Virus record (IMG/VR): IMGVR_UViG_3300043419_002586
Strand: one strand, 5' to 3'
DNA length: 64,000 nucleotides
Source: a virus
The position numbers were made by a program, and so were the translations under genes. Numbering within the stretch: the stretch's first letter is position 1; the number at the start of each line of letters is the position of its first letter. The notes beneath the pieces were generated by a model. The model made no database searches. It saw only the letters and a list, made by a program, of their open reading frames with translations, and was not told the DNA's origin. Below, in pieces: positions 29,192 to 41,100 of this stretch.

Positions 29192-32074
29192 TTACATTCC
29201 TCCTAAAGAAATTGGCATATTTGTTCCTCTAACTTGAGCAGTAATCAAGTTGTTAGCTTTATCATAGCTATAATCAACAGATTGATAAACATATTTATCT
29301 GTTGAATTAACTGTCTGTCCTTGAAACACATTGATCATAAACTTGCCGTGAAAATTTAAGGGTTTGGCAACATAACAATTAAAAGAAATTGAACTAATAG
29401 GAGTTTTTGAAACTAATTCAATACTATCTGTAATTCTTTTTAAAACTTGTTGATCAGGAATTTCGTTTCTTTGCATTGACCACATAATGTATTTTTTGAA
29501 TCCGACATATGGTGGTTGTGAAGCATTGAAAGGAGCGTTTTGTAAATATCCTAATAAATCTACCTGAGATTGTATTGGTAAATTAGCGATAGAAACGGAG
29601 CCAGGAGAATATCTTTCGTCAGCCAAGAATCCAGTCATTGCTACACCAAATACTCTCACTCCTGATGCTAAGTTTTTAGTATCAGTGTTTATCTGATATT
29701 CATCTACTAAGAGACCGTGTATGTCATTTTGAAAATTTGCAAGATAATTTGTTGTGTTAGATGCGTTACTATTAAAAATATAAGCAGTACCAGCAGAAGA
29801 TAATCCAGTAAATTTTAAATCATTATCAACAAAATTATTTCTGCATTCAAGCTTGAATCCATATCTTTCAGCCCATCTAAAAGTAGGTAAAGAATAAGGA
29901 TTATTTAATCTTTCAAGTAATTTTCCTAGTTTTTCATATATTCTATCTAAAGGATTGAGCTTTATTAAATCCTGGTTGTTTACAGAGTTACTATTCAATC
30001 TTAGGTCTATTCCATAAATTGAACCGCCATTTGCTAAATCGGCATTATTACGAGAATAAAAAGACCAAAATCCTGTGCAAGCCATAACTGAGTCAATAGC
30101 AAGGTCATGTCGCATACCAGCGATCATCATATTTTTATCAAAATACAAATTTTCTAAAACAAATGATGCAATATCTGTACATTCGATTGTAAATGTACTA
30201 TCATTGCCTTTTCTTGAATATCTTGTGTTTGTAATAAAACCTTGAAAATATGGATACAAACTACCTTGAACATATCCAGCATCTATAGAAACTACAAGTA
30301 AGTTATTTTCAATTGCATTTATAAATTTTTGACCATCTAATGAATCAATATTCTTAAGTGTTATTGATGCAGTTTTTTTAATTTTTGATAAATTAGATAA
30401 TTCTGCTACACAATTTACACTCCAAGTTTCCACCCAAGAAGTGATATCTCCAACATCATAAAAAAGTTGACTTAATTGGGGGTTGACAAATTTATAATCA
30501 GTTGCATTTGAGCTTCCACTACCTAAGTCTGGGAATACAGTTGCTAGTACTCCAGGATGCGGAATTTCTACCTGTAAAAATGCTGGACCTTCTATTGTGC
30601 AATTGTATAAAAGCTTAAATAAAAGAGTTTGTCTATCAGGGTCAGCACTTGATGAAGATGGCGATGTGTATTCAGTAATATTTGCAAATTGAGGACCAGA
30701 TAATCTTAAGTCAGCAAAATATGAAATATTCTTATCTTTTGGATTGTCATCATTATAGCCAGTAGTTTGTGGCGATTGATTAATTCTATAAGATGACTTC
30801 TCAAATGAATCTTTAACAACTCGTAAAAATGAAACTATGTCAGGAATTTTTTTCTTAGAATACTTAAATTCTGCTGTTAAATAGTTTTTTGTCTTTAGTC
30901 TTGGCTGATTGTTATTAAAATTATTAAATATAATTGCTGAATATCTAAACTTAAGATTTGTATTTGATAATGATATTTCTACAAAAGTTTCTGGTGGGCA
31001 AAAAACCTCTCTACCACTAAAATTAATTACAGTGTTCCATCTAGTGATATCGGGACTAAAACCAATCAATAAATTTGGACCTACAAAATGAACATAGATA
31101 TCATAAGAGCCCATATTTGTCTTATCAAATACAGGTGCTATCAAATCTGTCTGAGTTATGTATGCTTTGCTATAAGGATCATATATTTTTAAGACTGGCT
31201 TGCTATCAATCTTAAATTCTATAAAAAAATCATTGATAAAATTATTATTTGCAACTTGTGGTTTTACTGCAATTTTTATAGCTGATGAAGTTTGTTGCAT
31301 ATTACTTACAGAAAAATTTATGTGAAAACCATTATTACCATTACTGCCTCTTGCTAAAATTGGCTCTGAGGTCCCATCTGGATTAAAAATAAAAGCATCA
31401 TTTTGATACACAGCATCATAAGAGGTTGGAAATATTCTTCTTATAGTAGTATTAGTTTTTTCTGATGTAACTTCAACTTGAGACCCACTAGAAGGATCTT
31501 TCACAGTTCTAAGTGTCCCAGTGTTTGCTCCTGAAATAGCTGGACCAATGTACTTATAAGCGTTAGTTGTACCGTCAATTATATGCCAAATATTGTAGGT
31601 AGTTAATACATTTCCAGCATTTACAAATGGGATTCTTGGAACGTGTTGAGATAAATCTGTAAAACTTTCAGATTGAGAACTTACAGATCCTTGCGTAGGG
31701 CTATCTACAAAAACTGGACTGTATCCAGTTGATGGACCTTTTAATCTATTCAATACTGGATCTACTTCACCTGGAACAATTGCACCAAAAGCAAATGTAC
31801 AAGATGATGCACTTATTGATGTGTTGATTTCTGGAATTCTTGCATTTTGTAAAGAAGATAAAACTTTTAATCTAGTGCTATATTTTGATTCAGTATTTCC
31901 ATTTGAATAAGTGTACGAGGGTTCAAAATCATAATTTAAAACGTTTAAATTGTCTTGAGACTTTGTAGCTGTAGAAGCCGAATATTCTCCAGAAAAAAAT
32001 CCACTTTCGGGAGCATTCATAATACTCAAAGTTACTTTTGTTTTTAACTGTCTTGGATCTGGGGAAAGGTTCAT
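29192..32074 (-). CDS. Baseplate hub / tail-tip-like protein
   Basis: C-terminal half has hub-like pattern ASITLKN...VSIDAGY...YFQGFIT...FTIECTD..., followed by ASGVRVFG and terminal VYQSVDYSY strands; position between fibre genes. Confidence 0.5.
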   Translation of the reverse strand: MNLSPDPRQLKTKVTLSIMNAPESGFFSGEYSASTATKSQDNLNVLNYDFEPSYTYSNGNTESKYSTRLKVLSSLQNARIPEINTSISASSCTFAFGAIVPGEVDPVLNRLKGPSTGYSPVFVDSPTQGSVSSQSESFTDLSQHVPRIPFVNAGNVLTTYNIWHIIDGTTNAYKYIGPAISGANTGTLRTVKDPSSGSQVEVTSEKTNTTIRRIFPTSYDAVYQNDAFIFNPDGTSEPILARGSNGNNGFHINFSVSNMQQTSSAIKIAVKPQVANNNFINDFFIEFKIDSKPVLKIYDPYSKAYITQTDLIAPVFDKTNMGSYDIYVHFVGPNLLIGFSPDITRWNTVINFSGREVFCPPETFVEISLSNTNLKFRYSAIIFNNFNNNQPRLKTKNYLTAEFKYSKKKIPDIVSFLRVVKDSFEKSSYRINQSPQTTGYNDDNPKDKNISYFADLRLSGPQFANITEYTSPSSSSADPDRQTLLFKLLYNCTIEGPAFLQVEIPHPGVLATVFPDLGSGSSNATDYKFVNPQLSQLFYDVGDITSWVETWSVNCVAELSNLSKIKKTASITLKNIDSLDGQKFINAIENNLLVVSIDAGYVQGSLYPYFQGFITNTRYSRKGNDSTFTIECTDIASFVLENLYFDKNMMIAGMRHDLAIDSVMACTGFWSFYSRNNADLANGGSIYGIDLRLNSNSVNNQDLIKLNPLDRIYEKLGKLLERLNNPYSLPTFRWAERYGFKLECRNNFVDNDLKFTGLSSAGTAYIFNSNASNTTNYLANFQNDIHGLLVDEYQINTDTKNLASGVRVFGVAMTGFLADERYSPGSVSIANLPIQSQVDLLGYLQNAPFNASQPPYVGFKKYIMWSMQRNEIPDQQVLKRITDSIELVSKTPISSISFNCYVAKPLNFHGKFMINVFQGQTVNSTDKYVYQSVDYSYDKANNLITAQVRGTNMPISLGGM

Positions 32075-32109
32075 ATTAATATTATAAAAAATAAAAAGGG
32101 TTTATACCT

Positions 32110-35100
32110 TTACCCAGCAACTTGATTGATTGGATAAGCAGTTGGATATTGGGGGTCTATAGAATATCCACCTGGTTTAGTAATTGTAAATGAATATGAT
32201 GAAGGCTTAACATTAGAAGCTAAAATTATTGAATGATTTCCACCAGCAGCAATGTCTGATATTCCGGTCACACTCATATTAGGAAGAACAACACCATCAG
32301 GAATACCATCTCTTAGATTTATTGAAATAGAACTTGAAATTGACTGGGCATAACCAAGTTGTCCATAATCATTCAAACCATATGGATAAAAAAGATTTTC
32401 CGATAAAGCCAAGAATCCAAATTTACCTGTAGAAACTTTTAAGAATTTTTCATTTGGATTTAAGTCTGATGCTAATCCTGCACTAAAATCATACTGAGGC
32501 ACTTCACTTGACGAAAAATTATAAAGGTATATTGCATGATCATAAAATAGGTCTTGAGAAGCTGTTATCACCACTAATCTGTTTTCGTAAGTTGAAATAT
32601 CATAGGCATATCCCCAACCCCTCAATGTAGATAATCCAGTAAACCAAACTATTTGATTGTCAATATCGTATGAAAGTCCAGATACGAAACCAGAAAAATT
32701 GTTAAATCCTACTTCTAATCTAAACGGGTTAAGATAATTTGTGCTTCCAAGTTGTAAATCTGGATTAGGATCAATATTAATTGGAAAGAATCCAGTGTCA
32801 ACGATTCCAGTTTTATTCGTGTATCTATGACTACCTGCTACCCAAACTTGCTTATTATCTGTGAAAGCAAGAATATAAGAATTACAAGATACATCCAACA
32901 AACCATTATTTGATGTGTAACTTGCCCCACTAAAAGTATTCGCTCTTTCTAATATAGGTTGAAAATTAAATATATTTGTTCTTGGTAATGCTTGTCCAAA
33001 AATTCCATTAATATTAGAACCACAAACCAACAAGACTCTTTTGCTAATTGTTATATCTTCTGCAATTATAGCTGAACAATAGTCTCCAGCAGATACCTTT
33101 AAAACTTTATATTTTGACGCAAGAGGTACTAACGTTAGTGAATTTTGCTGAGTTATATTTGATGGAAATCCAAGTTGTCCATTACTGTTTGAACCACTTG
33201 CATAAAGTTTTCCATCTGCATCAACTACAAAAGTATGATAAAGACCACTTTCTATAATAGTATATTGTTTTGTGTCATCAACTAATTCAAAGCCATATCT
33301 GTTTGACGTATTTGTTCCACTTGCTATTGCCCCATATAATGCTTGTCCAGATGAAAATAATTTGTTAACTAAAGGATTTAAAGCAGCGGAAACTTTCACA
33401 TCAACAGAATATCTATTTCCTAAATTTGAACTAGGCGATGATGCTAACTTTTGTGTATCAAAAACAATTAAGCTTACTGTAAATATTCCTTCTGTATTGA
33501 ATTGATTTACAAAAGTAGAATTGTATCCTGACTTTACACCATCAATTGACCATTCATATGTAATATTTGATCCATCTTCAGAGTCATAAGAATTAGTACC
33601 ATCAAAAGTATAACTGTCTCCAACTTTTAATTCGATGTACCCCGTAACAGATGGTTCGTTTCCAAGTATTGCAATTGGGTTTTGATTAATTGGTGGTGGT
33701 GCAGGATCTTGAAACACAAATATTGTTTTATTTACTGGATCAGACTCTAAGCCTAAATTATCAAAAACACTCAAGGTTATTGTATGATTACCTACACTAT
33801 CAAACGATGTTTCAAATGTTGAGGTGTTAGAATTTTGATCAATTCCGTCCTTGAGCCATTTATAACCACTTATAAATTGATTTAAGTCAGGGTCATAACT
33901 TCCAGAAGCAGTAAAAACTATTGAAGTATTTATTCTCAAAGAAACTATACTAGATGGCAAAGTATCTAAAAGTGCCACAGGTTTACTGTTTTTAACAATG
34001 TAGTCAAGGTATGCAGTATTTGTTGCAGCTAAATTATCTGTAACCTTAAGAGCAACTTTGTAAGTGCCTGGATTTGAATAAGTGGTAGCTGCAATTATTT
34101 GATCTGAAGTATTACCATTACCAAAATCCCAAGCATATACAAGTGGGCCGTTTATATTGTCAGGATCGTAACTTCCTGCAGCTGAAAATGTAACTGAAAT
34201 TGGAGCAAAACTTGTATTAGATGGAGGATTGGCTGATATAACTGCAACTGGTGGCTCATTTGGTGTATTTACCTTGACACCAATATTTGCTAAATCACTA
34301 AAAGCACCATCATCATCTTGAACTCTAAGTGTTACAGAGTATGGAACAAATCTTGCTGTGTCAAAAGTATAAGTAAAAGATTTGGTTTTGAAAGGAGTGC
34401 CAAGCAATCCATTTATATACCATTCATAGTTTACTACTGTTCCATCAAGATCATAAGAATTTGAATCGAATGTGACTGTGAATGGTGCAATACCAGTGAT
34501 TACATTATTTATAGGTGAACTACTTGTTGATATTACAGCAAATGGTTTTCTGTTATTTATTCTTACGATTTGAGATGTTGTATTGAATAACCCCAAATTA
34601 TCATAAACAGTAAGAGATACGGTGTAATCCTTATTGCCCTTGTTATATGATTTAATTGGATTTTTTTGTAATGGATCAGTTGTTGTAAAACTTGTTCCGT
34701 CACCATAATCCCAAGACCATCTTATCAAAGCATTTTCTGGATCACTAGAATTGTCTATAAAAGCAATAGAATCAAAGGTATTGGCATTTATTGGATTATA
34801 TGAAAAACTTGCGACAGGAGGTTGGTTATTTATTGTTATAGTCTGAACTGATCTTGCAGTTTCTAAACTAACACCATTTCGATTATCTGTAACTATTAGT
34901 TTTGAAGTAAAATTTCCTACAGATTTGTAAACGTGAGAAAAAGATGCAGGATTTACAAATTGTGTAGAAGATCCATCTCCAAAATCTATTTGATATAAAA
35001 TAATAGAACCATCTGGATCTCTTGAGTCTGATACGTTAAAAATAAATGTATCATTTATCACACCAAAATTTTTATCCACTGTAAGAATTGCAAGTGGAAG

Positions 35101-38100
35101 TATATTGTCAGGAGGAGTTACAATCACTGTAACGTTTGCAGTGTCAGTAGATCCAAAATCATCAGTTACTGTAAGGGACACTACATACGTACCTTCTGTA
35201 GTGAAATTGATTGTTGCATTAGGTGTTGATGAAACAACGGAACCAGCAACACTCCAATTATAAGAAACAATAATTCCATCTTCGTCTGTAGAAGTGTCAC
35301 CATTAAGTATTAAACTACCTGGCGCTTTAACAGTCAAAGTTGTATAGGTTATTCTAGCTATTGGGCTTCTGTTAGTGACATTTATTATCAAATTAGCTAT
35401 AGAAGTGTCTCCTATATTATCAGTTACAGTTAATTGAGCTTGATATGTTCCTGGTCTAGAATATGTATGAGATTCAGTTGTTCTTCCTTGAGATATAATT
35501 GTTCCATCGCCAAAATTCCAAGCATACTTTGTAATAATTCCATCAGAATCATAAGAAGTATTTCCAAAGAAATTTATTTGATTTTTGGACAGTACTGAAT
35601 TTGGAAAAGCTGAAAATATTGCAACTGGAGGATTGTTCTTAATTACGATATCTAAGAAATATGTGTTTGACAAGTTACCATCATCAGTAACAGTTAATTT
35701 GACTGGATATGTTCCTGATCTTGTGAAAGTATGAGCAACAGTTTTTTGATATGTTTGCGAATTGTAAAAAATAGTATTGCCAGTTTCGAATTCCCACAAC
35801 CAACTTACTATTTTTCCATCAGAGTCCGTAGATTCATCTGTAAATATAATTGAAGCTGGAGCTGAAATATTATTTGCATTTACAGTAAATAATGCTATTG
35901 GAGGCTGATTAGCTGGTGGTGGTTCAACAACAAACTGAATAGATGATGTTGTAGTTTTTTTATCTGTTCCATCAGGTAAACCATCATCAGTTACTGTAAG
36001 AGAAACTGTATATGTCCCTGGAAATAAGTAAGTATTTGTTGGATTCTTTAAGTTTGAATCTGTTGTCGTAAATGTATTACCATCACCAAAATTCCAATTC
36101 CACTGAGTGATAAAACCATCAGGGTCAGAAGATGTTTCTGTAAATTTACCAATAAGAGGTTTGAAATTTGTTTGTGTACCTGTAATATTAGAAATTATTG
36201 GTGAAATATTTACTAATGGTACTACAACAACATTTTTAGTTATTGAACTAGATTTACCAGAATTGTCAGTAACAGTAAGTGTAACTTGATATGTGCCAGA
36301 TGATAAATAAGTATGAGATGGATTCTGAACAGTATTAGTAGAATTATCACCAAAATTCCAAATCCAGGAAGATATTACTCCATCTGTGTCTGATGATGTA
36401 TCTGTAAAATCAATAATTAATTTTCTATTTTGTTGTGAAAATAAAAAATTTGCTATTGGTGGATTGTTTCCTGGTGGGTCAACTGTGACTCTTATTGAAG
36501 CTGATGCTTTTAAACCTCCAGAGTCAGTCACAGTAAGAACTACTAAATATGTACCAGGAAATGCATAAATATGTTCTGGATTTTGAACTTCAGCTGTTTG
36601 ATTATCTCCAAAATTCCAGTTCCAAGCAACTATTGGCCCTTCGTCGTCACTGGAACTATCAGTAAACTGAACTTTTAATGTTGGTGAAAATGATGTTTGC
36701 GCCCACTTAAAATTTGGTGATGGCGGATTATTGACTGTCCCATTTACATTTATAACAGGACCAAAAAATTTGCTTGATAAACGAGCTAAATTATCCTTTA
36801 CAAAAAGGGTTGGAGTAAATGAGCCTGCTCTTCTGTAATCGTGAGTAAATGACGAATTATCAAACTTTATAGCAGTTTCACCATCGCCAAAGTCCCATTC
36901 ATATGTCTGTATAAAAGATCCATCATTTGCTGGGTTAGATTGATCTGTAAATGATACAGTTAGTATTACGTCTCCAGAAGTTGGCGTTGCAGAAAATTTA
37001 GCTTGTGGTGAAAGATTATTTACTGGCGCTGGATTTACAGTTATTACAATTGTTGCTGGTACACTACTTATTCCATTTGCATTTGTAGCAATCAAAGTTA
37101 CCTTAAAATCAATTGGACTTGTTGTATTGTTAACAAAAGTATGCGTTGGATTTTCTTCAGTAGATTGAGTTTCATCTCCAAAATTCCAGGCATATGTAAT
37201 AGTACTTCCTCCTGGATCATAAGAATTAGTAGATAAAAAGCTCACAAATAATGCTGATTGTCCATTAGTTGGATTAGCTTGAATATCAGCAATAGGAGTT
37301 GTGTCTTTTATATTAGATCCAGAATCATTTACACATTCTATATCAAACTTTCTAGTGCCTAATATTTTTGAATAAGGATGAAATAATACTGCTTCTATAT
37401 TACATTTACCAGTGTCAAAAGCAACAAATACTTTTCCATCATAATCTTGTTTTTTACAAGTAATCAAAGCTGGTCTTTGTCTGGGAACCTCAGCATTTAA
37501 TTCACTATTAGAATCAAAATACTTAACAATATTTCTTCTATTACTTAATTCTGAAACTAAAGCTTCATCTAATTTACCTTTTATTAAGTGCAATTTATCT
37601 GATCTTTTTTGTCCCAAATTGCTTGATGAAAGAGCGTATTCAAAATAATATATTCCTCCATTACACCAAAAAACTGATCTGTGTAACCCTAACTTTTCAT
37701 CGTAATCAGAAGTCAAGCCATAAATATTATATTGATCAGAAAGAGTGTTTCCAGTAAGTTCATCTAAATCAAAAAGTGTATTTTTATTCTGTGCTTCATA
37801 ATTTGAAATAATCTTGAAATTAATTTTTCTTGGTGACGAATTCAAAGAATAAGCAACAATATAATCTCTTGAGGAAATTTGAGCTACTGTAGGAAATGAT
37901 GAATATGCTGTACCAGATGAAGTAATTGGTTCTATCAGTCTAAAATCAGAAATGTAAGTAGGAGCAATACCATCAATAAAAATTGTTTTATCAGTTATAG
38001 GTGCATTTATATTTGTAGTACTTAATTGAATTGATCTAAAAACAATTGCTCCAGGATCAGCGTATCCAACATTAAATAATTGAGGAGCCTGATCAGAAAC

Positions 38101-41100
38101 CACATAAGAATTGTATTTTGTTCCCTTGAAAGCTTTCGATAAAGTAGAAAAATTTGCATCTATCTTGGATTGTCCATCGATAAATGGATGCCAAGAAAAT
38201 TTATTTCTCATATCTGTATTTGCTGCGATAAGAGATTCGTAATCGTGAGAACTTCTTGCTTTAGTATTTGAATTTCGTTCTGTAAGTAAAAATGTATTTA
38301 CTTTTGTTCTTTGATTAAGTTGTGTTTCAGAACTTAACAAAAATGGAAATTCACCCTTGATAGTTACTCCACTTCCTGTTGTAGAATTATAACCTACCGG
38401 GTATTTTTCATATTGTTGTGTGAAAAATGAATCAGTGGAAATGATTACTGTTTGATTTTCTTCACCAGGTTTTGTTGAAGGTACAGTGTAAGCAATTACT
38501 ATAGATTTTTCAAACCCTGATTCACAAGCTGAAAGATTTGTAGCAATATTTTGTTTTCCACCTTTGTAAGCTGCTCTTTCTCTTTTAGCTTGTGAAAAGT
38601 TTCGAGTAGAACTTCTAAAGTCTGACGGAATTTCAAAATTTTTAGACTTTTCCAATTCAATGTAATGATCAACTTTATTTTTTGCATAAACAGATCCAGT
38701 TTCGAAATATCCCTTATTATCGGATTCTGATGAACCTTTATTTTCTCTTGTAGATGCTTCAATCAAGTTTGCTTTTCTTAAGTTGTCTGGTGTACTTTTT
38801 TGAGGTGGCAAGATAAGCCCGTATCCAGGTCCTCTTGCAATCAAACCACCTCTCAAATGCAATGTGGACTCTTGAACTGTTCCATCTTGATTTCTTAATG
38901 AACTGTTTCCAAATAAGTCTGGTTTTCCTGGTGGAAAATTTCCATTTATTCTGTGAAATATAGTTTGTGCTAGAATTGTTTGTAATTCATTAAAAGAAAC
39001 ATTAATTGCATTAATATAAGATGTGCCTGATCCACTATTTTTACCACTTGGAACGGCTAAAATTCCATTCCCATACACCCAAGTTGCGTATCCAGAATCT
39101 GAGTTTAAATAGTCTGGATCTAATTTGTTTCCATAAATTCTATTACCAGTGATTGGATCTACAGGATAACTCTTATCAATTTTTTTTGCTTTCCAACCAG
39201 GATGTCTAATAATATTTGCTTGAGAATTGTTAGGATCTAACCATCTTGGATTAACATATGAATCAACTTTAGAAATTTCATCACATAATCCAGAAATAGA
39301 TTTAGGAAATAAAGTCCAAGTGTTGATGTTAGGCGTGATGGTGTTTTGCCAACTTATATCACCCTCTTCTTCATCTCTGCCGTCAGTGTTTTGTTGCCAA
39401 AATCTTCTAGTGTAATAAAAATTTTCTGAAACACTTGAATTATCAAATTTAGTTTTTTCTTGAAAAGTAGTGTTATTGCCAGATGTAATAAAATTACTAA
39501 GTGAATTATTACGAATTAATTTTACTTGTCCAAGTTCCAATTGTTCATTGTCAAGTTCAATTTTTGTGATTCTTGATATGCCATAGTAGGGACCATTTAA
39601 TGTTTCATCCTCTGGAGCATCATCAATAGCATTCACTTCAGGACCAGTAGGAGCATTTGTTATCAAGCTTGTGTTCAATAAACTATCTGCTGAGAAAGTT
39701 TTTTCTACTAATCTTACTGGTTTAACTGTAATTAATGGTGAATTAGCAGATAAAATGAAATTTTTATTATTTACAAATCTTGGTATGCCATCATAATCAG
39801 GTAGGCTATTTTTATCCAATTTAGCATATTCCAAGCTTGCTCTGTAAAAATTTTGATAATTTTCTATTTTATTAAACTTAACAACTATGCTAGTAAACTT
39901 ATCATCTGTAGCTCCATCCAAAAATTTCAACTTGATTGTAGATCCCATTGAAAATTTACTATTAGCATTAAAATCAGAAGGAATTTGTATAGTGAAATAA
40001 GCTTTGCCAGTGTTGGCTATATCATTAACATAATCAATAATTTTATATGATTTTATTAAATTTTTGGCTTTATCTTCAACTTCAATACCGTTATAAGGAT
40101 TTATTTGATTATTTTCATATGATGGTATCGGATTTATATATATAACTCCAGAACCATCCGCAAAATCAAATGTTGTTTTAGAAACTACTTCCGAGATATC
40201 TGGCAAACCTGGATCAAAATCATAAACTTCAAATTCATCAGGATAAGTTCCATCGTTACTACGATTTAATAATTCATCAATTGTTTTGCCATTTGTAAGG
40301 TCATTATTTACTATATAAATAAATAATTCTTTACGAGATATATCTTGAATCTCGCCATTCCAAGGTTTTGCTAACTTTATTCTGCCATTATTAACTCTTG
40401 GTTTGCCAAATATTATATTTGTACCAATTCCTGTTTTTGGAAATGCACTTGTATTTACCTCAAAATAATCTACTGCATTATCTTTAGAATCAGTAATATA
40501 AATAATACCAGAACTTTTTATTTTTTGTTTTATTTCATCTGTAATCCAATTAGATGATTCATTATCTTTGTTTGGTTTTGTAATGAAAAAATTATCTTTT
40601 GGAGAATTTTCTTTTGCTAGGTAACCAAAAGGATTTGCGGATTTTGGTTTTGATGTTGTGTAAGTGTTGAGTCTTGGATATGGAGAATCTTGATTGTCAA
40701 CAAAATCTATTTTATTAGATGGATTACACAAATCAATTCTTAATGTTTTGAACGATGATGAATCTGTTGATATGTTGAAAGTTTTTATAGATTCATTAGT
40801 AGAATTAGATTGCAATGTTGGACCTTTTGCAGTTTCAGTAATTGACAAATTACCACTTTGCAGCTGTCCTAATGATTTTAATTGAATTTCTAGGTATCTA
40901 TAACCAGAAAGATTTTGATCTCCATAATAATGTGGTTCGTTTGCGTTTCCATTATAAAATCTTTTATTTCCAGTGCCTTCAATGATGAATTCTTTATCTT
41001 GAATCAAAGACATAGAATTAAATTTCCAACCTCTTAAGGGTAATGGCACTGACCCTGGAAAATCATATTTATCTAATGTTAATTCTCTATTGGTTTCATT